A stretch of 64,000 nucleotides of DNA, taken from Candidatus Melainabacteria bacterium 17Bon1m. GTDB lineage: Bacteria; Cyanobacteriota; Vampirovibrionia; Obscuribacterales; Obscuribacteraceae. Where the stretch lies: assembly GCA_032128875.1 (NCBI GenBank), contig JAVLKG010000002.1:768001-832000 (forward strand). Direction: 5' to 3'. A model generated the notes under the pieces. It was not told where the DNA came from. It saw only the letters and a program-made list of their open reading frames with translations, and did no database searches. A program made the translations under genes and the position numbers. Shown here piece by piece: positions 1 through 9,972 of the stretch (the first letter of the stretch is position 1; each line of letters opens with the position of its first letter).

Positions 1-722
1 GATTGTTTATAACCTTCTTGGGCCGCTTGCAAATTTGCTTCTGCTACTTCCTTATCTTGTTTTGCTCGCTCGAAGCTTTGAGCTGTGGCAGCGCGATCTT
101 GTACAAGTGTTTTGTACCGCTCGTAGTCCGCTATACACCGAGTCAATTCTGCCTGACGTTGTTTGATCTCGGTTGCAGCAAGTGCAACTCCGAGTTTTGT
201 CTCTGACAGCAATGCCTTTGCTTTATCCACGCCGGCAGTTGCACTGGCGACTGCTGACTCCGCTTCGAATTTACGTGCGGCGGCTTGACGCTCGTTGGCT
301 ACGATGTTTGATTGCACTTCGAATGTTTTAAATTCCGCCTGAGCGGCTGCGGCTTTTGCGGTCGCCAGACTAATTTCTAAATCCTTTGGGTCGATACGCA
401 GCAAGACGTCGCCTTGCTTCACGTGTTGATTATCGTCAACGAGCAACTGAGACACCGTTCCGCTGACTTTCGAGCTTAACTGGTGAACTCTTCCCGTGAT
501 GAATGCGTCGTCCGTCTCAACGTAAGAAGAAGCATGTTGCCACCAAGCAAAGCCGCCAATTCCTGCGCCAATAAGAACAACTGTCGCCAAACCAATTGCC
601 AGCGGATTTTTCTTCTTTTTCACCGGCTTATTCAATTCCGGTTGCTTTGGTATTGGTCCTACTAATTCAGGGTGGGGTTTGATTCCCGCCGTCGGGGTTT
701 GTTTGGTCTCAATCTCGTTCAT
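1..722 (-). CDS. emrA: HlyD/EmrA-family efflux membrane-fusion protein (runs off the left edge)
   Basis: Not in the ORF track. Manual translation from ATG 722 gives MNEIETKQ..., a TM helix, then YVETDDAFITGRVHQLSSKVSGTVSQLLVDDNQHVKQGDVLLRIDP. Lies directly downstream of an EmrB-like MFS gene. Confidence 0.9.
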   Translation of the reverse strand, partial: MNEIETKQTPTAGIKPHPELVGPIPKQPELNKPVKKKKNPLAIGLATVVLIGAGIGGFAWWQHASSYVETDDAFITGRVHQLSSKVSGTVSQLLVDDNQHVKQGDVLLRIDPKDLEISLATAKAAAAQAEFKTFEVQSNIVANERQAAARKFEAESAVASATAGVDKAKALLSETKLGVALAATEIKQRQAELTRCIADYERYKTLVQDRAATAQSFERAKQDKEVAEANLQAAQEGYKQ

Positions 723-825
723 GGTTTCCGTGCCTGCAGCCAATTCAGGTTCTCCCTATGCATAGTGCATGACGTTGTAATTATTGACCAAGTTTCAATT
801 TTGGTCAATAATCCGCAATTAATGT

Positions 826-2415
826 TTAATGCATTTCCACGTTCGCCTTTCTCCGTCCAGACCCAAGCAGGAAGCAGAATGGAATCATGCAACCTGTGAA
901 AACCGCCAGCAGCCAGGCGATGTCGCCAAAAGAAAGGGCTGCAGCCTGAGTATCGACTTGACTGCTCATGACCGCTAACGCTCGCGCCTTTGCGTCCGGC
1001 AGAGCCCATCCCTGGCGGCTGAACATTTCTGTAAGTGCAGACAGGCGGTTCATAGCCTCGGTTCCATAAGGTGTGATTTTTTCAACCAGAACCGCACGGT
1101 GAAAGTCTTCGCGACGAGTTAGGACGGTAGCGAGCATAGCAATTCCAACTCCGCCACCAAGTGTACGCACAAGGCTGAGTAGCGACGCGGCCGTTTGAAT
1201 GTCTTCAGGTGGGCAATCACCGACAGCAGCAATAGTCAAAGGAAGGAAAACGAGCACTAGCCCAAAGCCTCGAATAAGACTGGCGGTAAGAAAATGCTCC
1301 CAACCCCAGCTTAGAGTGAGGGGTACGAGAAACCAGTTGGATAAGCTTAAGCAGGCGATGCCGACGAATACCATCAAGCGCGCATCAATTTTTCCAATCA
1401 TGGCACCCACGACTGGAAACATAAATCCGGTGACAATGGACGCCGGAACCTGTAATAGTCCTGCTTGCAATGCTGTGTATCCCAACATGACCTGGGCGAA
1501 GTTTGGAATTACATAATTAATTCCGAAGAGTACAAAGCCGATCACACCCTGGAAAAGCAATCCAATAGCGACTGAGCGAAATCGAACGATGCGCAGATTG
1601 ACGGCTGGGTATTTCGTCCTCAACTCGTGTGCGAAAAACACGATCGCACCAATTGCAGTGGCGACCGTGCACCAAATTATCAATTTAGAAGAGAACCAAT
1701 CTTCGTCCTGACCCTTCTCTAGAACATATTGAAGTGAGCCAAGCATGACGCTCAAAGACATGATTCCGAGCCAGTCGACGCGAACCGCCGGAGCGTCTTG
1801 CTCGCGAGGTTTGTCTTGTGGGATAAATGCCTGACACAATGCCGTGGCAATGATTCCGATTGGAATGTTGATGAAGAATATCCATCGCCAATTGTAATTG
1901 TCTGTAAGCCAGCCGCCCAAAGTTGGTCCAACCACTGGTCCAACAATTACACAAATGCCGAATATCGCCTGGACAAGTCCTTGTTTCTCGGGCGGAAAAG
2001 CTTCAAAAAGAAACGCTTGAGCTTTGGCTAGCAATCCACCGCCAAATAGTCCCTGCATAACGCGTGCAAGGACAAGAGTCAAAAGATCATTTGAAATTCC
2101 ACAAAGAACAGATGCGACGGTAAAGCCGATCATAGAGAAAATGAAATAGCGCTTCTTGCCGAACATGTCACCAAACATGACAGCAAGTGGCATTGTAATG
2201 ACGTTAGCGATCGAATACGAAGTGACAACCCAGGCGGCTTCGCTTGTGGTGGCACCGAGGTTGCCTTGTATGTGAGGCAAGGCCACGTTGGTAATACTTG
2301 TATCGATTACCTCGATCAGTGCTGCGATTGCAACACCGACGAGAAACAACCAGCGGACGATCTCGCCATTTTCATCGACCCGGCGTTGAAGAGCTTCTTG
2401 GAGATATGTAGCCAT
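826..2415 (-). CDS. emrB: DHA2 (EmrB/QacA) family MFS drug efflux permease
   Basis: 529 aa, highly hydrophobic. Motifs DTSITNVALPHIQG, WVVTSY, GPTLGGWLTDNYNWRWIFFINIPIG. Confidence 0.93.
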   Translation of the reverse strand: MATYLQEALQRRVDENGEIVRWLFLVGVAIAALIEVIDTSITNVALPHIQGNLGATTSEAAWVVTSYSIANVITMPLAVMFGDMFGKKRYFIFSMIGFTVASVLCGISNDLLTLVLARVMQGLFGGGLLAKAQAFLFEAFPPEKQGLVQAIFGICVIVGPVVGPTLGGWLTDNYNWRWIFFINIPIGIIATALCQAFIPQDKPREQDAPAVRVDWLGIMSLSVMLGSLQYVLEKGQDEDWFSSKLIIWCTVATAIGAIVFFAHELRTKYPAVNLRIVRFRSVAIGLLFQGVIGFVLFGINYVIPNFAQVMLGYTALQAGLLQVPASIVTGFMFPVVGAMIGKIDARLMVFVGIACLSLSNWFLVPLTLSWGWEHFLTASLIRGFGLVLVFLPLTIAAVGDCPPEDIQTAASLLSLVRTLGGGVGIAMLATVLTRREDFHRAVLVEKITPYGTEAMNRLSALTEMFSRQGWALPDAKARALAVMSSQVDTQAAALSFGDIAWLLAVFTGCMIPFCFLLGSGRRKANVEMH

Positions 2416-3036
2416 TTACTTTGATTCGCGTAGACCGTCGACCACTATGTTGAGAAGCAGTTTTGAACTTGCCTCCAACTCATCGCGAGTCATACGTTTT
2501 TCGGATTCCGTGTAGTTGTTGAAGTATGGAGGAAATAAACTCGACACAGCCATCAAGAATGCAATTGCAGTTGCATCGTTGGCCTTTTTCTGACTTATCT
2601 CTCCGGCTTCCGCTGCTTTCTTGAGGAATTTCAACACGCGTTCGCGCTTGCGAACATAGAAAGCACTAAATCTTGGCTTGAACTGAAGCGATGTATAAAG
2701 CAGCGCTTCAGGCGTGTGAATGTCACGCGTTACATAGTCATAGACCATCAGCGCGCACATTTGAAATGTTTCTTTCAACGATTCGAGTGGAGAGCCAGTG
2801 ATGTTTTCGGTGCGCTCGTCCATTAAGCCTTGAATTTTAGTGGCATATTTTTCAACCACGCGCATCAGAATTTCTTCTTTTGTTCGAAATTCAAGATATA
2901 CAGATCCTTTTCCTATACCAAGGTGTTTTGCAATATCCTCGATACTTGTCCGTTCGTAGCCGTATCTGGAAAACAGCTCTACAGCTGCTTCCTCGATGAG
3001 TTCCGCCCGGTTGTGAATGGATTTGGTTCGCGCCAT
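2416..3036 (-). CDS. TetR/AcrR family transcriptional regulator
   Basis: N-terminal HTH AAVELFSRYGYERTSIEDIAKHLGIGKGSVYLEF; abuts emrB. Confidence 0.93.
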   Translation of the reverse strand: MARTKSIHNRAELIEEAAVELFSRYGYERTSIEDIAKHLGIGKGSVYLEFRTKEEILMRVVEKYATKIQGLMDERTENITGSPLESLKETFQMCALMVYDYVTRDIHTPEALLYTSLQFKPRFSAFYVRKRERVLKFLKKAAEAGEISQKKANDATAIAFLMAVSSLFPPYFNNYTESEKRMTRDELEASSKLLLNIVVDGLRESK

Positions 3037-3082
3037 TTTTGCCTCCGCGATCCATTCTTGACCAATTTGCGATTTTAGTCAA

Positions 3083-4669
3083 TTATTCGTTTGTAATTTT
3101 TCGCGGCAATGTAATAGTGAAAATTGATCCGGCTCCTTCTTCGCTTTGAACAGAGATTGTTCCGCCGTGCCGTTCAACAATTGTTTTGCAAAGGTAGAGA
3201 CCAAGCCCCGAGCCATCAATGCGCCGCCGGCTGCGTTCTCCTTGGAAGTACTTCTTAAATAGATTCTTTTGATCAGTCTTTGAGATGCCAATTCCAGTGT
3301 CCGCAATTGATATAGACAATTCTGATTCGGATTTTTTGCTGGTTAGAATGATCATTCCGCCTTTCGGGGTGAATTTGACCGCATTACTTATGAGGTTGTG
3401 AAAAACACGCTTGATTGCGGTTCTTTCAACAGGAAGTATTTCCGGCTGACGTGAAAGTTGGTCGATTAATTGAATATTGTTGTGGCTCGCCAATGCACCT
3501 AATTCATTGACTGTCGCGCGAACCACTTCTATGACATCGGTTGATTCGATCATGCGGGGAACATTTTCCCCGTCGTTTCGTTGTACTTCAATTAGGTTTT
3601 GAATCATGTCCAACATCGAGCGATTGCCGCGCTTCAGCACCTCGAGTATGTTCTCCAGATCTCGGTCCAGAGTTCCGGCCGCTCCTTGGAGCAAGGCTTC
3701 GAATGTTTTCTCTGCTCCGATTAAAGGTGATTTGAGATCATGCACGAGTGCTGCAACCACCTCATGGACAGTTTCTGACTTCAAGTGGTCCTGTTCCATT
3801 GAGCTGACACAAACGCCGTTTGTCACGCCATTTGAATCTGTCACAGGCCAGATTGCGACAGTCCAATTAGGTGCCGGACCCGGTTTTGGTTTTGCCAAAA
3901 CTACGCTGGCGCATGTGACGTGCAGTTTTGACTTTGCTTGAAGGACATCTTCCAGCATTTCTTGTGTGATTGACGGAACTATGTCAGAGAGTCTTTGACC
4001 AACAATGTCATCGAATGAACCAAGCTGCTCATACGCTATTGGATTCACCTTTTCGATGCGAAACTCGCGATCTAATTTCCATATTGCAATTGGTGAGTTG
4101 AAGTGAGTATCAACTTGCGACTTCTCAGAGGGCATTCTAAGGGCGCTGAGCTGGTCGCTGGAATGAACGGTTTCGTTGATGTCAGTGCAGTAGCCGGTGA
4201 ATCCGCACAATCTTCCATCGTCTCCGTATTCCGGTGAGCCCGAATCAAGAACTTGTCGGAAGGTACCATCCGCGCGCCTCATTCGGTATTCAATATGGAA
4301 TGGTTGACGTGTCGCAACGGCGCTCTGTATCAACGTGCAAACGCGCTCACGATCTTCAGGATGGATGATTTTTTTCCAGCCGTCGCCTTCGACGTCTCTG
4401 TAAGATACACCTATGAATTTCAGCCATCTATTTGAGAAGAAGATTCGCTTGCCAGTGTGGTCGCTGAGCCAGACCATTTTAGGAATTTGATTTGTCAGCC
4501 GAGATAACAACGCCAGTTTTATGTCTGAAACCGACGAGTCGGCACAAAATCTTATCTTTTCCATTCTTGAGTCGCCTGGAGTCGAAGGGCGAAATCGCCA
4601 CATGGCTTTACCCCTCTTATTCGACTGTATAGCGCAATCGTCTCGGCGTATATCACCCAAAGCGGTCAT
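3083..4669 (-). CDS. Cytoplasmic PAS-domain sensor histidine kinase
   Basis: PAS/PAC (IHPEDR, EYRMRRADG), H-box HDLKSPL, N-box NLISNAVKFT, G-boxes DTGIGI and GSGLGL. Start uncertain. Confidence 0.9.
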   Translation of the reverse strand: MTALGDIRRDDCAIQSNKRGKAMWRFRPSTPGDSRMEKIRFCADSSVSDIKLALLSRLTNQIPKMVWLSDHTGKRIFFSNRWLKFIGVSYRDVEGDGWKKIIHPEDRERVCTLIQSAVATRQPFHIEYRMRRADGTFRQVLDSGSPEYGDDGRLCGFTGYCTDINETVHSSDQLSALRMPSEKSQVDTHFNSPIAIWKLDREFRIEKVNPIAYEQLGSFDDIVGQRLSDIVPSITQEMLEDVLQAKSKLHVTCASVVLAKPKPGPAPNWTVAIWPVTDSNGVTNGVCVSSMEQDHLKSETVHEVVAALVHDLKSPLIGAEKTFEALLQGAAGTLDRDLENILEVLKRGNRSMLDMIQNLIEVQRNDGENVPRMIESTDVIEVVRATVNELGALASHNNIQLIDQLSRQPEILPVERTAIKRVFHNLISNAVKFTPKGGMIILTSKKSESELSISIADTGIGISKTDQKNLFKKYFQGERSRRRIDGSGLGLYLCKTIVERHGGTISVQSEEGAGSIFTITLPRKITNE

Positions 4670-4799
4670 TTGTAGCCACTATTGTCAATTTTTTCTCAAC
4701 CGAAAGGCTGATTTGTTCGAAGGCGTTTTGAAGGTTTAACAAAAATCCCTTAGTGCGGCGGGAACTCTCAGCCCTGCTCCGCGTCACGACTATGTCCGA

Positions 4800-5492
4800 G
4801 TGGGCCGGAATCGTCCAAAACTGAAAAATTTCGACTCTCCCACTCATAGGGCAAGCGTGATGAATAACTTGCATTTTAATAAGAACATTGAAAGCGGAAT
4901 GCTGTCTGCCTTGAAAGATTTGGCTGCACCCCATCCTGCTGAAGTAAGTGCGCAGCAATTTGTTCATAGGCAAACACTCGTCGATTTCGGCGAAATTCGT
5001 AATCGGATTGAGGTAGCCTGCGATGAATTTGAACTGCAAGAGAAGCCAATGAGCCTCATGCTAATCGCGGTCGATGGTATTGATAAGCTGATTGAAAACT
5101 ACGGAGAATACACTGCAAATCATGTTCGAGATTTTGTAGCTGCCTCTCTTTTTAGTATCTCTAGAGATGTCTATGGCGCGCGCAATCACTTCACTGTGGG
5201 TGAATATGTACAGGGGCGTTTGCTGATGCTGTTGCCTGAGATGGTTGGAGCAAACGCTCTCGAGTTTGCCGATGAGCTTCGCAAGGGCGTTTGCGCGACA
5301 GAGTTTAACTGGCAAAGCGAGCAATTGTGCATAACCGTCAGTATCGGCCTTGTCCACAAGCCTGGGCACAACGGCAATCACGATATGATGATTCTGCAGG
5401 CAGACCATGCCTGTTCTGAAGTTATCAAAATCGGCGGCAATCGAGTATCGCTGGCTAGAGCTGCTTGCCGTCTGCGCATAGTCACAGAATAA
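4800..5492 (+). CDS. GGDEF-fold protein with degenerate active site
   Basis: Flanking motifs SLMLIAVDGIDKLIENYG, ITVSIG, QADHA, GGNRV are present, but the RxGGDEF position reads EYVQGRL. Confidence 0.75.
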   Translation: MGRNRPKLKNFDSPTHRASVMNNLHFNKNIESGMLSALKDLAAPHPAEVSAQQFVHRQTLVDFGEIRNRIEVACDEFELQEKPMSLMLIAVDGIDKLIENYGEYTANHVRDFVAASLFSISRDVYGARNHFTVGEYVQGRLLMLLPEMVGANALEFADELRKGVCATEFNWQSEQLCITVSIGLVHKPGHNGNHDMMILQADHACSEVIKIGGNRVSLARAACRLRIVTE

Positions 5493-5729
5493 GCGATTAG
5501 CTTCATCAAAGTCCGCGCCCGTGGTCGTTTCATGAGACGATCACCAGTTAGAGTTACAGACAAACTGACTCGCATATCGCTCTTGCGAACGACGATTTTT
5601 GCCAGGCAAACAACTATTATTTTGATGAATCGAGACGAAGCCGCGGGGCTTTTTCAAGATCTTTGTCTTCTATAGAACAAAGCCGTCCGCCAGGAAGCGC
5701 GGACGGAGCAAACGTGTGTCCGATGCAAC

Positions 5730-5768
5730 CCCCTGTCTGCTGGAATCCCCTGTCCGCTGGAATCCCCT
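5730..5768. repeat. 17-bp tandem repeat CCCCTGTC(T/C)GCTGGAAT, about 2.3 copies
   Basis: Copies at 5730-5746 and 5747-5763, partial copy at 5764-5768; intergenic. Confidence 0.85.
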
Positions 5769-5820
5769 AAAACCTTGCAAATTGCATGGCTAGAGAATAC
5801 TAGGCGATCGAGGAAAAATC

Positions 5821-7125
5821 ATGTCTTCTCCAATTTCGGTTCTTGTCGTTGAAGATCACGGGCTGTTCAGAACAGGAATTCGTGTAAGTTGCAACCGAGA
5901 CAAAAATATTACTGTTACTGGAGAGGCGTCAAACGGGTCAGAGGCTGTTGAGCAGGTAGAAAAACTCAATCCTGATGTTGTGTTGATGGATGTGAATATG
6001 CCGCTGATGGATGGCATCGAATCTACTCGCTTGATCAAGAATAAGAACCAAAATACTAAAGTCATTATGCTTACGTCACACGAAAGCCAGGGTGTACTGC
6101 AATCGGCTGTGTCGGCGGGAGCCAGCGGCTATTGTTTGAAAGACGTTGACTCTGAGATTCTTTGCTCGGTCATCAAGGCGGTACACCGTGGAGAAGTGTG
6201 GATTGATCCGACGGTTAAGAAGAACGCTGAAGACCAAGTAAATACACTTAAAGCGTCCGGTTCAACGCGACCTTCTGAGTCTTCCAGTGTAGGTCTTTTC
6301 GGAAGCGCGCCTGTTAATGCAAACGATCTGCTCGTCAATCGATATGAAAATCTTGGTCTGCTTGGTCAAGGTGGAATGAGCCTTGTGTACAAAGCTAGGC
6401 ACAAAATGTTGGACAAGATTGTCGCGGTGAAGGTTTTGGCAAATCACTTGAGCCATATCGAAGCTTTTTCTGCGCGATTCATTCAAGAAGCGAGAGTCGC
6501 AAGTCGCTTATCTCATCCGAACATCGCTTCTGTTTTTGACTTTGGTATCACCTCTGACTCGAATGCTTTTCTTGTTATGGAATTCGCTGATGGACCATCT
6601 CTGTCTCATCATCTCGGCAATAATGGTCGCGTAGACGAAGCAACAGCAATGATGATTTTCAAACAATTAAGAGATGCGCTTGGATACGCGCACGAGCAAG
6701 GCGTCATTCACCGCGATATAAAACCCGCAAACACTATCCTCACCAATGGCAATGGCAACTTTCCGCACGTCAAATTAATCGACTTTGGTCTTGCGAAGCT
6801 TTCAAACATTGAAAATCCGAAGCTCACCATTAATGGAGAGGTAATTGGCAGTCCACTGTATATGAGCCCAGAGCAGTGCAAAGGGATGGCTGTCGACAAT
6901 CGCTCGGATATTTATTCTCTGGGGTGTTTGATGCATGAAGTAATTACCGGCTATCCACCATTCCGAGGCGAAACTGCTTTGGATACCTTCCGAATGCATG
7001 TGCAAGATGAGTATGAAGAACCATCCGCAAATGTTTGTTCTGAGCACCTGAGAGAAATATTGCGCAAATGCTTGAGTAAACGCCCTGAGGACAGGTTCAG
7101 TAGCCTTAACGATATTGTGCTCTAA
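5821..7125 (+). CDS. Fusion of NarL-type receiver domain and Hanks-type Ser/Thr protein kinase
   Basis: REC: VLVVEDH, DVVLMDVNMP. Kinase: LGQGGMSLVY, VAVK, HRDIKPAN, DFG, GSPLYMSPE, SDIYSLG. Confidence 0.92.
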   Translation: MSSPISVLVVEDHGLFRTGIRVSCNRDKNITVTGEASNGSEAVEQVEKLNPDVVLMDVNMPLMDGIESTRLIKNKNQNTKVIMLTSHESQGVLQSAVSAGASGYCLKDVDSEILCSVIKAVHRGEVWIDPTVKKNAEDQVNTLKASGSTRPSESSSVGLFGSAPVNANDLLVNRYENLGLLGQGGMSLVYKARHKMLDKIVAVKVLANHLSHIEAFSARFIQEARVASRLSHPNIASVFDFGITSDSNAFLVMEFADGPSLSHHLGNNGRVDEATAMMIFKQLRDALGYAHEQGVIHRDIKPANTILTNGNGNFPHVKLIDFGLAKLSNIENPKLTINGEVIGSPLYMSPEQCKGMAVDNRSDIYSLGCLMHEVITGYPPFRGETALDTFRMHVQDEYEEPSANVCSEHLREILRKCLSKRPEDRFSSLNDIVL

Positions 7126-7260
7126 ATCCGATAAGTCTTGCAGCACATTGCCTTCGAGAAATGACTTGAAATGAGTGACCAAATTTTGCAGTTGAAAAGT
7201 ATTGAGTCTTCAGGCTGGGAGTGCAATAAAGGCATTTGACAGCTGTAAGCAGTCTTTGTC

Positions 7261-8394
7261 TTGCATAGAACAAAACAGATCACCATCACTTCTTTTCTCT
7301 TCGCGATTATTTTTCTAATCGCGCGCCCAGTAACTGCCCAGGGCTGAGCGAGATCAATGCTGGTGCCGGGGGCAGCAGGGACATCAGGGGAAATCAAACC
7401 AGGTCATGGGACTTTGTCCCTTGGCTATAGAAACGTGTATGCAAATCAATATTTTCTCAACGCTCACATCGATTCGAATGAGACAAGAGCAGAGCGGCCC
7501 ACGCGCCTTTGGAATACGTTAGATTTGACGGGCACGTATCAACTTACCCGTCGTGTCAATTTGCAGGCTACGCTGCCCCTTCAATGGAATCAAGCATCAT
7601 TGCTGATTCCGCTTAACGAAGGTCCGTTGGCACAGAGTTTTCGTCAGCGTCTAAGTACAGCTGGAGTCGGCGATATCTTGCTGATGGAGCGAACTTGGCT
7701 GTTTGACCCGGAAAATGTGAAGAGAGGGAATGTTTCTTTTGGACTTGGCTTAAAACTTCCAACAGGAAATTACCGTGGCAACAACAATTGGCCTGGTCTT
7801 GGCCCCGGCGTCTGGAACAACAAACCTGCGCCTCTCACAATATTGGTTGGCGATGGTGGCGTTGATGTCCTGGCAGAGATACTTGCATATCGCATTGTGA
7901 AATTCCCCGTGCGAAAGACGAATCTATTTGCTGTCGGAAGTTATTTGATTACACCACGTGGAACAACTGGTGTGCCTTCTCAAAATTTCTTGTTCGGACC
8001 TCCAATTTCGACAAGCCCTCTGACGCAGAACTCTTTAGTAAATACGGTGCCTGATTCTTATTCTCTTCGAGCAGGCATGATTGTCCCTTCGCCATGGAAA
8101 GACAATAAGTATTTGAAACCATTTTCTGGATTAATCGCATATCGATGGGATGGCAGTCCCCAACGAGATTTCATTGGCAACAGTAAAGGATTTCGCCAAC
8201 CGGGATTTTTTATGGCTGTGGAATTAGGTTTGTTCTACCAAAAGGGTCGTCATCTTGTGCAGGCGACCACTCCAATTTCTTTTCTTAGATACGGTTCCTT
8301 TAACAGCGGTGGCGAATTGCAAAACAGTCCTGCGCCACGAACCACTGCATTCTCTCCGGCATCACTGGCGGTGCGCTATACGTATTTTTATTAA
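7261..8394 (+). CDS. Outer-membrane beta-barrel 'transporter'-type protein with in-frame TGA at 7345-7347 (candidate selenocysteine)
   Basis: TTG 7261 opens signal peptide MHRTKQITITSFLFAIIFLIARPVTA-QG, then TGA, then continues in frame into ORF 7357-8394. Motifs GVGDI, LGLKLPTG, GDGG, GFRQPG; aromatic C-terminus RYTYFY. Confidence 0.7.
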
Positions 8395-8435
8395 TTACGT
8401 TCTTATTGCGTTGAACTTGACTGTTGATGTTTTCT

Positions 8436-9776
8436 CTAAAAGTATTTGATAATTCTGAAAACACGATCAACGTGATCTTTTACTTCTGTTTTTGAAGCTG
8501 TGCGTCCAAGCTGTTCTCCAGAGCTTGCACGAATGGCAGCGGCTATTTCGGATGCTTTGGTAAATGCGGCATTATTTGCGGCAGAATCTCCAGTTGCTGT
8601 TCCAATATTGGCGGCGCCAATGGTGCCGTCCGGATTTGCTGGTGTAGCCAAACGTTTGTCCAAGAGAAACGCCTGATCAGCTGTGCCGGTAGTGGATGAA
8701 ATTCGCAAGTCTCTCGAGACATTGTTGAGCGCTTGACTCAGAATCGGTGCGACAGACGAAGGTTCTACACCAGTCTTGCGAATACTGTCCATTCCTTCGT
8801 TGAACAATTTATTCATATCGTCAGGTTTCGCGAAAGCGATTTTGTTGGCGGCATCGACTGCTGCATTCACTACTGGATCTCTACCGTTTGGACCTAGCTG
8901 ACCCTTAAGTTTTGCCGCTTGCTCTTGTTCGCTCGGCAAGTTTGCCGGACGTTCTCTGGCGCCAACATCTTTGGTTGGTGCAAAGAGTCCTGCACTCTCT
9001 TGCGTCGCCAGAATGTTTCCAATATCATTGCCAACTTTTTCTTGTTGGTCCTTAGGCACATCTGAAAGAACCTTGTCTATTGCGCCTTTGACTGCCGGCG
9101 CTGCATTGAACGCTCTATTGTCCGCTGTGAAATTCTCCGGCATTTCTACAATGCTGGCCCTGCCTACGATCTTTTCATTATTCGGATCGCTTTTATCAAA
9201 TAGCAGACCCATTGGTGGCTGGTTGGCTGTTCGCAGGTTTGACCCCTGATCACTAAGCGCGACACCGATGGCTTTGTTGAACGTTTCGCGTTGTTCGGGC
9301 GCAACACCTCTCATCGCCTCATCATATTTCTTCTGGCGATCGTCTGGGCTGGCGGAGGTCAAATTTCTTGCGGTATCAATCGCGTTGCCGTAAAACTTGT
9401 CTTGTTGCGCAGGGTCCATTGCGCTGATGTTGCTATCTCCAACACGCGACTTAACGGAATCGATTTCCTTGCGGCGCTCCGCACTTATGGGAGCTTCTTT
9501 GTTGGCGTCTTGGGCAGCGAACCGTCCTTCCACCTTTTGTGGAGTGCCGTCTCCTTCAACCGCAGAGTCAAAGAACTGCACATCATTGAGGATGTTTTGA
9601 TTGACAAGTGTTTGACTTTCGGTCGCAAGATCCGGTCGTTGAGGGTTGTCGACGCCAATGCCCGGTACGGCTTCGGACGTGACATTTTCGCTTACAGGAA
9701 CGACATCTAAAGCACGGTCGGTGCTGTTGTCCGTAACTGCGGGCGCAGGAGTAGAAGGTGCGTCAGTGGGAGGCAC
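8436..9776 (-). CDS. Hypothetical protein with acidic N-terminus and internal duplication
   Basis: 446 aa ORF with two related blocks: AIDTARNLTSASPDD...DNRAFNAA and AVDAANKIAFAKPDD...NNAAFTKA. Confidence 0.7.
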   Translation of the reverse strand: MPPTDAPSTPAPAVTDNSTDRALDVVPVSENVTSEAVPGIGVDNPQRPDLATESQTLVNQNILNDVQFFDSAVEGDGTPQKVEGRFAAQDANKEAPISAERRKEIDSVKSRVGDSNISAMDPAQQDKFYGNAIDTARNLTSASPDDRQKKYDEAMRGVAPEQRETFNKAIGVALSDQGSNLRTANQPPMGLLFDKSDPNNEKIVGRASIVEMPENFTADNRAFNAAPAVKGAIDKVLSDVPKDQQEKVGNDIGNILATQESAGLFAPTKDVGARERPANLPSEQEQAAKLKGQLGPNGRDPVVNAAVDAANKIAFAKPDDMNKLFNEGMDSIRKTGVEPSSVAPILSQALNNVSRDLRISSTTGTADQAFLLDKRLATPANPDGTIGAANIGTATGDSAANNAAFTKASEIAAAIRASSGEQLGRTASKTEVKDHVDRVFRIIKYF

Positions 9777-9972
9777 TTAGAATCTTTTGAGAGAGGGGTC
9801 TGGTAATGGCATTTCGCCACCGTAAACATACCTGAGCACGCGTGATTAGATTGTGAAGTCTCAAGACCCTCACCAGGGCGTCTTCTCCAGTCGTGGACAG
9901 CCTGAAATTCATCCCTTGGACGAGGCGAATACCAGCGTTATTCATGATTTGAATTGCCGCAAAATTGAGTCT

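Noticed and set aside
7345-7347. Genome-wide TGA reassignment (code 4/25) as the explanation for the in-frame TGA
   Set aside because: Well-defined genes end at TGA at their expected C-termini (acetamidase 23350, TonB 46572, nnr 56360), so TGA is a normal stop here.
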